A stretch of DNA of 64,000 nucleotides from Octopus sinensis (Eukaryota). The stretch spans positions 114,204,001 to 114,268,000 of the forward strand of contig NC_042999.1 in NCBI RefSeq assembly GCF_006345805.1, given 5' to 3'. Of this stretch, positions 27,808-41,041 are shown piece after piece. Position numbers and translations under genes: made by a program. Position 1 is the first letter of the stretch. Each line of letters begins with the position of its first letter. Under the pieces are notes generated by a model. That model worked only from the letters and a program-made list of their open reading frames with translations, did not search any database and was not told where the DNA came from.

Positions 27808-28131
27808 TTATTTAGCTTTATTGTGTTTGTGTTTGTGGTGTTTGTGTGTGTTATTTCTCCTCTCCTTATGCTTCCTGCTTTCTTTCTGTTCTGCTGTACA
27901 TTTTTTTCTCCTTTTTTTCTTTCTATCTGATTCCAATGGTGACGATGAGGATGATGACAAAGAAGTCGATGATGAAGACACCTTACGTTTTAACCTGCTC
28001 AATACCAGTTTGTAATTCTCGTAAAGCATCTGGAACTGTATGTCTAAGTGCAAATATCTCCTCTCCAGCACCGATTGTAGTTTTTTAGGGTTGAGCATCA
28101 AACAGAGCTTCGGCAAGCTTTTACCTGACCT
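27808..28131 (-). CDS. HAT1: HAT1 terminal exon (phase 0, 107 aa + stop): RSGKSLPKLCLMLNPKKLQSVLERRYLHLDIQFQMLYENYKLVLSRL followed by a Ser-rich/basic/His-Lys tail
   Basis: Pyrimidine-rich acceptor tttattattcattttcag|, in frame with ORF 27808..28116. 'LDIQFQMLYENYKLVLSRL' aligns with recalled HAT1 'LEESFQELVEDYRRVIERL'. AATAAA signals follow. Confidence 0.8.
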   Translation of the reverse strand, partial: RSGKSLPKLCLMLNPKKLQSVLERRYLHLDIQFQMLYENYKLVLSRLKRKVSSSSTSLSSSSSSPLESDRKKKRRKKCTAEQKESRKHKERRNNTHKHHKHKHNKAK

Positions 28132-30990
28132 CTGAAAATGAATAATAAATGTTGTAAGTAATCTAATGTTTAGCTAGTTTTTTTGTTAGAGAAAGAGAGA
28201 GAGATGCAGAGATAAAGAGGGAGTGAAGAAAAACAGAGAAATAAAACGAAAGTGAAGAAGCAAAAAGCAACAAGAAGATTTAACTGCCTATAGAGCTCTA
28301 TTAATTGCTTCATGTGCAGCGATAGAGAGAGAGAGCATAAAGGTAACCTATTAGAATACCCAAAAAATAAATAGAAAATAACAAGAATAAACTGTATTTC
28401 AAAACAATGTTTTCACAAACGGAGTGCATAAATGTAGGGATAAAACAATATTGCAGTTGTTGAAAGGTGGAACATACGGTACAGAGATTGAAAGAGGACT
28501 TCTAAAATTAGAGGTTTCTTGGTTTTCTCTACTTCTGCACTTGTCTTGCCCACCAAATTAACCCGTTTAGTTCGTTAAGGGCACCACCACCCAACAACGA
28601 CCTTTTTCCAAGTTACTGTAATTTCTGACAAAAATGGTAGGTAGACTTAATACACCAAAACAACTTTGGAGGACCAAACATTCCATGAAAACTGTAACAA
28701 GATTTGGTAAAATAGTGATGATGTTTGAATGTTTATGCTATATACTAGGTCAAATTGTACGCTGGAAAATATGGTACATAAAGAATGGTAAGATTGGACA
28801 TGATAAAACAGTCAACAATTTCAAAGAAATCAATCACTTTCATTCAGTGCGAGAAGCATCATTGCATCATACAATGTCAGATGGTTCTGAGCTAGGTGAT
28901 GGCATGCCTAATCCCAGCCCAATCAGAGTTGATCTAGGGCCTACTTAACAACAGCCTTTTAACTATGAACAAATGAGGATGCTGTTACGCAGTCATTCAA
29001 CCAACTGGAAACAGTAACCAAACCTATCCAGAATCAGTTTTTATTTAGTCTTACAGAAGGAAGGATACATCAGATAATTCCAAGATACATTGTGTAAGGA
29101 AAAAAAAAAAAGAATCCCATTGGCTATATATATATCTGCTTGGGGTTCAACAGCTACCAGCACAAAAGAAGCTCAAGGTGGCTCTGTGGTTCAATACTGT
29201 AAAGATTTGTGTAAGCACAACATTGTCTAAGGAAATTGTTTAGAAGGCTTGATTCAAGTGATACACAGAGTAGGTCAAGTAGCTATGATGAAGTAGTAGT
29301 AGTGGTGGTGGCAGCAGCAGTTGCTTCATGCTTATAATTTCAAACTGAGTATGGCTAGACACAAAAGATACATGAAACGAAAGTCAATTGAAAGTGGCTA
29401 TTGAACTCCTATCTCTTAGTGGGAAAGAATGGAGATAAGTATAGGGGACAATTAATGCTTAACTCCTTTATGAACATATTCCTCAAAGGTATGTATTGCT
29501 TATGTTTGAAGTAAATTTCAAACTGTTAAAGAAATGAGGAGTTTAATTAAATCAGTGGTTTTATTTCACACAATCAATGGCCTCAGGAAGTTAGAACCGA
29601 AATGGTTTGAGTGAAGTGAAAAACTGTAGGGAGTACTGTGTAACAAATTCTATTAATACATTTCCATCAGGTCATCTAAGCTGTATGGCAACCCTACACA
29701 GTTTGCTTTCCCCACCTTTACATTCTGAACGAAATATCACTAGAATAAACTTTGGCTGTTGTTCATCTTTGGCAAAGCTTGACTAAGTCTTTTATCCTCC
29801 AGGCTGACAAAAACAAATACGAGTAATAACTACCTAAATTACAATTTTAACTGCCTGCCTCCCTAGGAAGAATTTAGCCTTGTGTCTAGTCAAATATAAG
29901 CAAGAATTTAAGTCTGATGATTTGTCATTTCTGTCTTTGACTTATATTTTTAACACTACTGACTGTGAAAGAGGAATAGTGTGTGTGTGTGCATGTGTGT
30001 TTCAAAATACATGCAAGAGACATCAATTTCATCACTAGAGAAGGGCAACTGATGACTCAGTAGTAACGAGATGATTTAGATTGTAATTATCCATTAATTA
30101 AGTTCTTAACTTTCATGGGCTTGTTTCTGTAACATTTCATCTCTCCCAAGTCAATAGTCTGTCTGAAGAGCTTGACAAAAGCTGACCTATAGAGGATGTA
30201 CAGATGACACCAATGTATTTAAATAGTGTTTTTCAGGCGTGCTTGTATCAAGTATGGTTATTTTAATAATGATTGAGCTCAGTTTAACATCTGTTCAACA
30301 AGCTAAATATAGAGTGTTATGCAACTATTTTTCCGAGCAGTTAAGGACTCATAATGACAGATGCTTGGCTATGTTAAGTAGATTAGATTCCAGCCTATCT
30401 CAAATAACATTTCCAAATGTCTCAGTATCAATTCTGGAAAGCAAGAACTCTAACAGCCAATGAAACATACAGATTTAAGTGTCCAGTTCAGATAATGGAA
30501 TTGAACCAAAACCCTAAGAAATCTAATTCCAGAAACCTTGTCAACATAGTTTAGTAGATTATATACTCCTCCTCCTTCACATGTTCACACTGTTTTATAT
30601 ATAACATAAATATAATCACTATTCAGTGTATACAATTACATTACATCCACTGGTCCTGTCTGCCTTTATCCTTTTACATTCTATCAGAACTAAGAGGTAA
30701 AGAGAGAGCTGTAGATTTGATAGTGTGTGAGATAAAAAATGCTTTGTGGTATTTAGTCATGTGTTTTGAGTTCAAATCCCACTGAAGCTGACTTTATCAT
30801 CCAATCTTTGGGGATTCTAACAAAAAGTATCAGTCAAGTTGGTCTCATTAACTCTGTACTTAAGTGAGAAATAAGAAATAAGATGACAGCAGTAGAACAC
30901 CAAATAAAGTGTTTTGTAGTATTTAGTTACATCCCCAAAGTATGATGTATCAGATATAATACAAAATTAGTTCTGTTCTTGGTAAAAAGA

Positions 30991-31028
<38 letters not shown>

Positions 31029-32069
31029 GGCCTGAAATTTGAGGGGAGAGGACTAGTCAATTATATTGACCCCAGTATTTCACTGGTACTTAATTCATTG
31101 ACCCTGAAAGGATGAAAGGCAAAGTTGACCACGGTGGAATTTGAACTCAGAACATAGTGATAGGCAAAATATCGCTAAGCATTTCGTCCAGCGTGTTAAT
31201 AATTCTGTCAGCTTGTGCGGCCTTAAATAATAATAATAATAAATGAATTTAAAAAAGTTAAGTTCTTAGTGAGTGATCCTGATTTTCAGATAGATGCCAA
31301 AAGAAAAGTATGAATGTCTCTTTCCCTTAAAATAAATAAATATAAACAAATTCGGTCAAGCATTAAAGTTATTATTCAGGTGGAGTATCAGAACAAGAGA
31401 GTTCCTCGAGGTTTTACATATCGTTACATTTTGAATTCAAATCCCTTCTAAGTTAATAAAATATGTAGAGTCAAGTACTGAGATGGATTAAACTGACAAC
31501 TCCAGTATAAAAAAAAAAAAAGTAGTTAGAAAGCATTATTACAAGAAGCGAAATGATTATGAAGCTAAAGTACTGGACTATTGACCAAACCCCACTACTA
31601 GAATACCTATTGTGTTGTGAATCTGAGCAGTGAGGCAGTGTGGTTGAGGAGGAAACAATATGTTAGACACTAGAACATCTACTTACCTCAGTTTGCCTAA
31701 CTGACAAACAAGTCCCACACCTATTCTAAAACTGAGTGGTTGATTTAATGGGGGGGGGGGAGGAGAGCAACAGCTGCAAAATAGAAGTCATTTGACTAAA
31801 AAGCCTATATCAAACAAGCCTATGGATGTGTAAAATATTGATGAAAAAAAAAAAATGAATACAATTTCAGATGGTAGTACCCTAGAATAGTTACGGCAAA
31901 GTGGTTAGAACCATTAAACCATGTGGTTTTGTAGCTGTTGAAGCCAAACCTAACTGCAGCGGTGGTATTGTGTCCTCAGGCAAGATACATTATTCTTGCT
32001 TATTTCAATCTATTCAGTTTATTTTATTTGTTTTAGTCAGCTTAGGATTTGTGCCATGTTCCAAAAATT

Positions 32070-32880
32070 CAGCAACATAGAGGTTTGGTTTGGTGGTTAG
32101 TTAGGGATGTGTATCTCCTTGTCGTTGGTCTTCTGTAATAATAAGTGTCAGTGCTGCTCACTTTGGCATGAAGATGATGTTGAAGAAGTTCACGAAGAGC
32201 AGACTGGGGAAGAAGGGTTGCGGCCAAGGATAAAAAGGCAAAAAACCCTTTCACAACCTCCAAGATGAAGTTGAGAAGAGACAGCACTGTGGCCTGTGAA
32301 TATCTGTTCCAATATAATTGAAGTCCAATTTTTAAGAAAATAAGGCCGTGCTAATGCCTACTGGCAAAAACCAGCAACAGTAGGTAAAACATTTGTAGGC
32401 CAAATGGGGCGAGGTTTTCATCAGTAGAAAGATACAACAACACATCACAGAATGAATATATTAGCAATATGCTGTTATTTTCCCATTTTTTTGACACATC
32501 CCTCTTTGGTATAAACTTGAAAGATTTCATTAAGCAAAACCATGACAGATCCTGGATGCCAAATGGGATGACCAAGCAATGGCAAGAACAAAATCCACAA
32601 AAATTCCGAACCATGAATGCCAATAGCTAGACTCAACAATACCAATGCCTACCAGATTCTGTAGTCCAAACTCAAAGAAGATAATTGACCTAGGGGTACA
32701 CCAAAGAAACACTTTTGTGACACCACCAAAGAGGTTATGCCTTTTCTTATTTAGTATCCAACTTAACAACTGTAAAAAGTTAGCTGAAGATCCATAAGAA
32801 CAGGAGGCAAGTATGCATAGAAGGAAGAAGCTGTAGTGATGAATCAGATTTGATATAAGGTGAGATATAAAAAGGAGCGA
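32070..32880 (-). mobile_element. Possible heavily decayed L1/Tx1-like LINE C-terminal fragment
   Basis: GC-richer, multiply frameshifted hydrophobic frames with a degenerate Cys/His segment. No clean motif. Confidence 0.3.
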
Positions 32881-33540
32881 GAGAGAGAGATAAGAGTGAT
32901 CAGTAAGTATTTCTTTACTGCCCACAGGGGGCTAAACATAGAGGAGACAAACAAGGACAGGCAAAGGGATAAAGTTGATTATGTTGACCCCAGTGCATAA
33001 CTGGTACTTATTTAATCGACACCAGAAGGATGAAAGGCAAAGTTGACCTTGGTGGAATATGAACTCAGAACGTAACAGCAGACGAACTACTGCTAAGCAT
33101 TTTGCCTGGCGTGCTATAGATTCAGTCAGCTCGCCGCCCTGAGAGAAGAGATCAATAATGACTTATGGGACAAGGGCCATCTCTGTAGCTGATTTTGTGG
33201 CTAAAGCGTTATTTCAAACCTTGGTGAACTCAGTCAAGAAAACTAGAAGCATCAATGGCAATGAAGGAACCTTGAAAACATCTACAAATAAACAGAGGGA
33301 GATAGAAAGAAAAAGAGAGAGATATATGCCAAAATGCTGACAGCAAAGAAAAAAGAAAAAGATGCAATGCAGTCATTTGAAAGACATTGGATATATTCCT
33401 CTATGTGTTATTGTATAATTGTTACAAACACTAGTAGACCGTTTAACATTTACAAGTTGAAAAACCAGTCTAAGCTTTTAGAAAAGTCGACTACTCAAAT
33501 AAGTAAAAGAAATAAACAAACAAACGACTAGCACACACGC

Positions 33541-33594
33541 TCAGCACTCCTTGTTCAATTCTTTTTTTAATTTTCCGCAATTACAGACAGGCTG
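33541..33594 (-). CDS. Candidate short or pseudo terminal exon of HAT1 (phase 0): QPVCNCGKLKKELNKEC*
   Basis: Strong ctcctccatcttccctccag| acceptor (NAGNAG). K8, L9, L13 and N14 fall in the same register as the 28131 exon. Confidence 0.3.
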   Translation of the reverse strand, partial: QPVCNCGKLKKELNKEC

Positions 33595-34429
33595 CTGGAG
33601 GGAAGATGGAGGAGTTTCTAAATCCATGACGAAATGAGTGAAATTTGAGGAAGGGGAGAGAGGGAGAGGCGAGAGAGTGATGAACAAACTGTAAATCCAA
33701 CCAGTTCCATCAGTATACCACTAAGGAAGATTACAGTTTGGGTGAACTAACTACTTTATGCACTACTGAAGAAATTATGCAATTTTTATTTTCTTCATTT
33801 TAATCATCCGCCTTGTTGTTCCTCATGGCCTTTCAATGTAACATGCAATACAAACCACACCAACATATTGCTGCTGAGATATCACATGTATGCACGTTAA
33901 CACACTGCCAAACATACCATCAACTCTGCACCACTTACACCCAAACTCAATTACATGCTCTTGCATATTCTTCAGTTAACACACCCACCAGAAAGTGGGT
34001 CTTTGACTAAGTAACAAAAACACTTTGTCCAATGTATGTACCTGATGGAAGTCTCCATGTAGTTGCCAGACAGTAATAAAAATATATAATAAACAAGTCT
34101 TTTGAATCACCCTCCAGTCTTAAAATGGGGACAAACTCTTTGTTTCAAAAACCAATTTTGACAAAAAAAAAGTCCTTCACTTTTCCCATTTGTATTTTGA
34201 AAATAGATGAGACGTTCATGGATAGAATGTCTTTGATCATAGACCTACTTGATCAAGACCAACCTGGGGCTCAACAAGAACAATATGTTGTCTAACTGCA
34301 TTCTCAGACTGCCTGTCTGCATTTAATTATCAATCTTTTCAATGTAGGAGGTGCTGACAAAACCAAGTGGTGGTGTTGTTTGTCATATTTCTTAGATTAG
34401 TGAATATAGTCCTACCCCTTTCACAGGTA

Positions 34430-34915
34430 TAACAACAACAACAACAATAATGATAAATGTCCTGATGCAATACCAGGCAGTGGCTTTCATGGCTTCTCAT
34501 CTTAACTGATTGGAAGTGTTATCATGTACATTGCTTTGTCTTGGTATAAATGGTGGGCTACAGCAAATATTCTGCTCAATACCACAGATTTTCTTGTCAG
34601 TTGTTTGACTGTAAATAGTTGAGCATGTCACTTAGTGGATGATGATATAAGCTGATGATCATGAGCAGAAGTAGTGGGGGAGCATGCTGAGAGGAATTCT
34701 TTGGAGTTTAGATAATTCACTTTTGGAGACATGGGTATTTTGATCAACATCTTTTAACAACCCTTATTCAGGGACCTTTTGAGCAGGATGGGCTACTTGA
34801 CCCGAAGAAAATTCTAACTGGGCCCCACCTCTAAGCTCATGCACTGTTCATCTTGATATGAGATCACCATGTCACGTACATGTGGTTGTGATGCATGTGC
34901 CTGGTGTACCCTTAC
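34430..34915 (-). mobile_element. Unclassified interspersed retroposon-like repeat with (ATT)/(GTT) tail
   Basis: Distinct GC-richer block ending on the minus strand in catttatcattattgttgttgttg. Confidence 0.4.
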
Positions 34916-36431
34916 AAATAATCTCTTGTCATTAGATATACAAAGCACATACATGAATAACACTTGAGAAATAACATTTTCAAATATGGTAAAACTCAGA
35001 GTTCAAGACAAAACAGTGGAGAAAAGGGCTAGGGTGGGGTGGGTCAACTGCCACTGCCACCACCATCATCATTTTAATGTTCACTTTCCCATGCTTGCAT
35101 AGGTCAGATGACATTTCCATGGTTGGATTCTCTTCCTGTTGCCAACCCTCATGTTTCCAAACAAAGTAATAAATGGAAATGAACACCACTTGATTGATGG
35201 TAACTTTCATTTACAAATATTCACAGGATAGTTAGATAAGGAGACAAATATACATACATACTATAGGTTTCTTTCAATTTCTGTTACCCAGATCTACTTA
35301 CAAGGCCTTGGTCAGTCCTGGGCTGTAACACTGAGCAGCAGGACTGAACTCGAAACCATGTGGTTGGAAAGCAAACTTTCTTGACCACACAACCATGCTT
35401 GTGTTGGTGATAATTAGTCCATGGGAAGGTAGAGAAATCCAACAGAAGTTCATTGTTGAAATTCAAGCTGGTGTGGCAGAATGGTTTTATAAATTGACTT
35501 GAGATTTGAAACTTCTAGAGAAAACTAGAAGGAACTGTGTATAGGGTAAGTTTGCTAGATTTGTATTCCATTTTGAATATGGTTTCATATTGAAAACACT
35601 GCCTCATTAGAACCAGCCACCTCTGCAACACAGGTTAAGTTTGAGAAGGCCTGATCAAAGCCCTTCCTATAAGGGCTAACAACAAGTTTCAAAGTTCATG
35701 TTAAAGTAAAAAACTTTGGTGAGAGTGGATGGAAGAATATTTAGTAACATTTAGGTGTTCCCCAGAAAGAAAGAAGAAAAAAAATGCAGGCCATATATTC
35801 TATCTTGGAAGTGGAATATCAGGTGATATTTTAGCAATAGCAATTAACTTTCTTGTATTGTAAAACAAACAAGTGCAGAAGTAGCTTAATTATGTATCTT
35901 TCTTTTTTTCTTTTGTAATATCAAATTCTTGGGTGCTCCTTTTACTGACACCTGTAGCCTGATGCGTATTAGTGAAAACTTATGTCATAGTCTCATATTT
36001 CTCTTCTTATCTCTAAAGCTGATTATAAATGGTAGTATAATATAATTTCAACAATAATTAACTTAAAATATTAGGAAAACTTTGAAAAATTCTCCATTTC
36101 AACATATCTAACATTTTTAAAAATTAAATATTGTCCTAGCTATCCTCCACATATGTATGCTCAAAATATGAGCAGGGCAACAATAAGTGGCCTGCATACT
36201 TCCATCTGTGATTGGATATTTCATAAATACCATTGCGCATATATATTGTAATTGAGTATTTGACTGATCCTCCTTGTTCTCACAATGGGCTTAATCAGGT
36301 AATCTTGCATAAGGAGCAAATGAAAATGAGAAATATTTTCTCCTGTAATTAAATGATTAAAAAATCCAAAGCAACAACCCTCCTCTCCTCATTTCATACA
36401 TATTTTATTATCATTATCTGTAGACTGTCTG

Positions 36432-36986
36432 TTGGGTTGACTGGAAAGTTCGTGCCGATTTATAGTAGCTTACCTTTCGACTTATTTTAGAACATGGTTG
36501 AGTCCTTAAAACAGGATTTGACTACACCTCCATTTAGAGCACAGTTTAAGCTATCTTTTCATGGAAGAAGGTTTATGTTCCTATAATCTGTGTTAATTCT
36601 GTAACCCTTTAAAATGGAAGATAAGAAAGTTCATTTTCAGCACTTGATGTTTTGGGAACCAAAGCAGCTTGGCTGGGATGTGTTACCCCACCCTCCATAT
36701 TCACCAAATATTGTTCCTTCGGATTTCCACTTATTCAGGTCTCTGCAGAATAGTCTTAATGGTAAAAATTTCAATTCCTTGGATGATGTAAAAAGATACC
36801 TTGATGAATGCTTTGCCATGAAACTACCTCAGTTCTGGGAAGAGGGTATTTTCAAGTTAAAGGAAAGATGGAGACGCATTGTGCAACAAAATGGTTCATA
36901 TTTGGTTGATTAAAAATGTAATGGCAAGTATTTATTGACCTTTTTCTTTCCTTAAAAAATCGACACAAACTTTCCGAACAACCCAA
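36432..36986 (+). mobile_element. Internally deleted mariner with a 99-aa fusion ORF (36614-36913)
   Basis: TIRs ttgggttgactggaaagttcgtgccgattt / aaatcgacacaaactttccgaacaacccaa|TA. HPPYSPNIVPSDFHLF corresponds to the mariner YSPDLAPSD motif. Confidence 0.92.
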
Positions 36987-37489
36987 TATTTCAGGATGAA
37001 ATACTTTAACAGCACGTGAAGTTATTCAAGAAGAATCTTATATTTTATTGCATAAGTTATATTTTATCAAATACAACAGCAACGAGTTTTGAAAATAAAT
37101 ATTGAATTTTTGATTTTTGAAATAATTGTTCAGAGAGTCAAATTTACTGAAACAGTAATAAAAGGAATAATTACCTCAAAATATACAGATAACAGAGACA
37201 GATTTAATGATGCAGGTAATTAGTCCAGGTTATCTGTCCAATTCCTTGTCAAACAATGAAGATTAATTCCTTTATAGAAGTGTGCTGTAACATACATCAA
37301 CAATGGTTTTGGTGTATAGCATTCATACTTACAGAGATGGATCTAACATGTGATGTTCATGCCTTTGTTAAGGTAATTAGTAAAATAAATATAGTAAACT
37401 GGTTTCAACTGAATTAAAACCTGATCCCTAGATTAAAATAGCAGAAGACAAGCCACTTGTTCTCCCCTCTCTCCCTATATATATATATA

Positions 37490-38060
37490 TATGATGGCCG
37501 TCCACTCGTGACCGAGGAAGACCACTGCTGACATTCGGGAACATTGTGCGCTCTAGGACTAACTTATATTTTGCACTTGCGGCTCCATAGGTGGATAATG
37601 AGTCCAGCTCTTGACAAGCATACATGACTGCAAACATTGCAAACCAAGCTTCCCCATTCACTATACCAGCAGTGCACCTTCAAGCAGCATGCTTAATTTC
37701 TTCATGCAGAATATGTGCTCTCTCAAAAGCGTCGACCCCACCTCCTCAACCTGCTTCCTCCATCTGTGGCAATGACAAGCATTGCTCTCTCAGTTAGTCT
37801 CCTGCATATCATAGGTCTTTAATGAGGACTTGACAGTCCTTAAATCACAGTCTTGGTCTCTGCCGGGGGTCTCTTTCCATTCACAAGTTCCCCATATAGC
37901 ATCTGCTTAGGGACCCTGCTATCTTTCACTCTAATAAGGTATCCAGTCCAACGTAACTAGTGCTTGTGCACCATCGCCTCAATTCACAAGTTATCAGCTG
38001 TCCTCAGGACCTGTGTGCCTGGAGTTTTTAAGGTCTAGCCAACATTCAGAATGTGTCTGA
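37490..38060 (-). mobile_element. Decayed RTE LINE (second, BovB-like subfamily) C-terminal fragment
   Basis: Remnant IEAMVHKH*LRWTGYLIRVKDSRVPKQMLYGNL...RPRL*FKD; ends at a (TA)n tract. Confidence 0.8.
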
Positions 38061-39494
38061 GAGACAGACAGACACACACATATATACCAACAACAATTCC
38101 TTTGATTAAATGTCTGAGATGAGATTAAAATCATAATTTGATGAACTATTAACTGTCTCATTAGAATGCCTATTTAAAATTTTTACAACTATGCTAGATT
38201 TCAAGCTCTATCAAGATACCAGACTGGATTTGAACTAGGAACTTTTATTTGTAAACTAAAGATAGCAAATGTCCTTATCCACTGAGTCACAGGTGCATGT
38301 GTACATCCATGCACAGAAATGAACCCCCTTGATTTTAAGTCAATCTGGAATCATACACATACCACAGAATATGATTACCAGATATTAGAGAGCAAAGTGG
38401 TTGAAACTTAGCAATAAGTACTGAGGTCAACAGCCTAGAGAACTGCAACCTTAATTTGCAATGACCTGGTTAAAGTTTTACAGGAAAGAGAGAGAGAACA
38501 TAGTTGATTACACTGACGTTATAGGTGCTAGTTTTATTAACAAAACTGCATTTACTGACAACATCATGCTTGTTGGTCGACAGTGCTGAGTTCAATTTCT
38601 TCTCTGAGTAGAGTTGAGCTGAACAGCAGAATTCAATGTTAAGTATAGTTTATACCATGAAAACAAACAAGCATCACAATAACAAATGGCTAAAGAAGTT
38701 GTGCTTGGCTCAAGACAGATTTAGGGGATGGATAAAAGATGTTGATAAATGCAAACATTAGCTTTGCCCATCTATTTGTTCATCCTTAGGCATGTTTCTC
38801 CATGTTAGTACAGGTTAGATGAATATATTATTAAGCCGTAGGTCTTACAGCCTGATGCCCTTTGTGTTACTGTTACTTGTTTTTGAAGTAAGGGGTCTCT
38901 TAATTCACACGTCTTCCGAAGAATAGAGCCAACAAACAATTTGTTGACAAAGTAAATGATAACAAACTTCACTGTTTGTAGGTCAGTAGTTTTCATGTGA
39001 AATGCATAGACTATAAACATTCACAGGCACACCACAAGTTTTATATAGTCTCTATCTAGCAAATTCACTGAAGGTTCTGTGCAGTAAGTCTGAATGTGAA
39101 ACTATGCAGTTGGGAAGTGAACTTCAACATTTCGTCATTCCTTCATCTTTTCTCTTCAACAAGGAGTTGAAGAGAAGAGAAGCAGTTAATTCCATCAACA
39201 TTATTTGTACATTTGTTAGCATTCTATGTTCCATAGAGAAATATGAACTAAAAACTACAATTAAAAAGGAAAGAAAGCAATTAAAGATTAGGATGTGTTG
39301 ATGGAGGTTCTAATATCAATCATTTCAACCCTGACAATGATTTTGCTAGAGTACTGCAAGATCAGAAACTTGTAAAGGAGAGAGGTAAAGCTGGACAGTA
39401 CATGTTTCAGTTTATGACTGGTGCTTACTATATTAACCCTTCCTTGTGGGTTGAAAGGCAAAGTCAGCAGCAGCTGGAATTGAACTCATATTAA

Positions 39495-39642
<148 letters not shown>

Positions 39643-40843
39643 ACACAAACATTAGTGAATAAGAAATCTGTTCTATTTTTTCTACCTAGCATTATCTGTT
39701 CAGAATCTAGACAAAAGAACATTATGATATTCCAAGAGAGTTAAGATAATTAACTCCAAATTTTGCAGAGTAAATGAGTACAACCATATAAAATGCATTA
39801 TGCCACACATGTATGTATATACACAAACACACTCACACATACTCATACAACATATCACCACACTCAACCATACCCCAATATGACTCATTGATATTTTGCA
39901 ACCAATGCCCTCACTTGTAAAATGGATAAGGGTTGGCAATCTGAAGAGCATCCAGCCATTGAAATATAGTCTCAGATAAATATCTGTTTAACTTATGTCA
40001 GTATACAAAAACAAAAGTAAAGTGAATGTACAAACACACACAATGAATACCTGGAAAATCGCGTAACAGTCACATATAAAACTTTAACTAAGTCAAACAT
40101 GCACACACATTATTTATTACCTGACTGACAAAGTAGCCATGGTTGTCATCCATCAATATTATCAGAATCCACCGTCACCATCACTCACCACAAGCATGGA
40201 AGAGCCCACATGATTGAGGAAAATCTCAATCTAGCATCATACAAAGATACATATTTTAAAAGAGTGATGAATATGAAGATGACATTGGCAACATGACAAT
40301 AACAATGATAACAAAGTGGCAGTGATGACTGTGCTGTATTTTAATTACTGTGACAACTACTATCTCCACATCAAATGAGGCTTAAGTAGTTGATTAGACT
40401 AAAAGAAAACAATAAGAAGTTTGGCAGCAACAGTTAGATGTAAAATATAAACTGATGAAAAATAAAGCCATTTGGAAGGAAGAGTGAGCAAAATACAAAA
40501 CTAATGCAAATGAAAATATAATTAGGAGATGAGAAAGATTAGTGAATAGAATTAAATGAAATACATGGTTGTTTGCATGTGCATGCACATGCATGTGTGT
40601 GTGTGTGTGTGTGTGTGTAATATGACATAATGCTACACATTCTAAAATCTTGTTCAGCAACATTTCCAAAACACACTCACACACAAACAAAAAAAGCTTT
40701 CCCCTACCAAAAATAAGAAGAAATTGTGTAAAATACCTTATCATGTATAACATACACCTTAAATTATTTAAGTTCGAAACATAAATTTCCGATCCACCTC
40801 CTAGTGTAGATTATTAATAAAACTGAGCATAAACAGATTGGGT

Positions 40844-41041
40844 TTAGTTAGCAAGCATATACTCGACATGATTAATCAGAAGATTACAAATGCTATGAAA
40901 AGTGCCTTGCAGCTCTTTTGTGTTCATCTCATTATCTCCAATGCTCATCACATTACCAAGTGGATCAACAGTACAGAAAACAAGACATTCAATACAAAGG
41001 ATTTCTACCCCTTTGTATTGAAATGTCTTTTCCTGAAAGCC
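40844..41041 (-). CDS. Candidate alternative terminal exon of HAT1 (phase 0, 65 aa): GFQEKTFQYKG...NEMNTKELQGTFHSICNLLINHVEYMLAN*
   Basis: Branch-like actaat plus gttttctgaattccag| acceptor, with a second in-frame acceptor at 41032. Non-repetitive, and the C-terminal hydrophobic register resembles the HAT1 last helix. Confidence 0.4.
   Translation of the reverse strand, partial: GFQEKTFQYKGVEILCIECLVFCTVDPLGNVMSIGDNEMNTKELQGTFHSICNLLINHVEYMLAN

Noticed and set aside
27707-28088. Plus-strand hydrophobic/acidic ORFs
   Set aside because: Antisense shadow of the HAT1 terminal exon.
32351-32925. Hydrophobic ORFs as a membrane-protein gene
   Set aside because: Overlapping frameshifted frames starting in a SINE/(CT)n tract with no clear splice sites; more consistent with a decayed TE.
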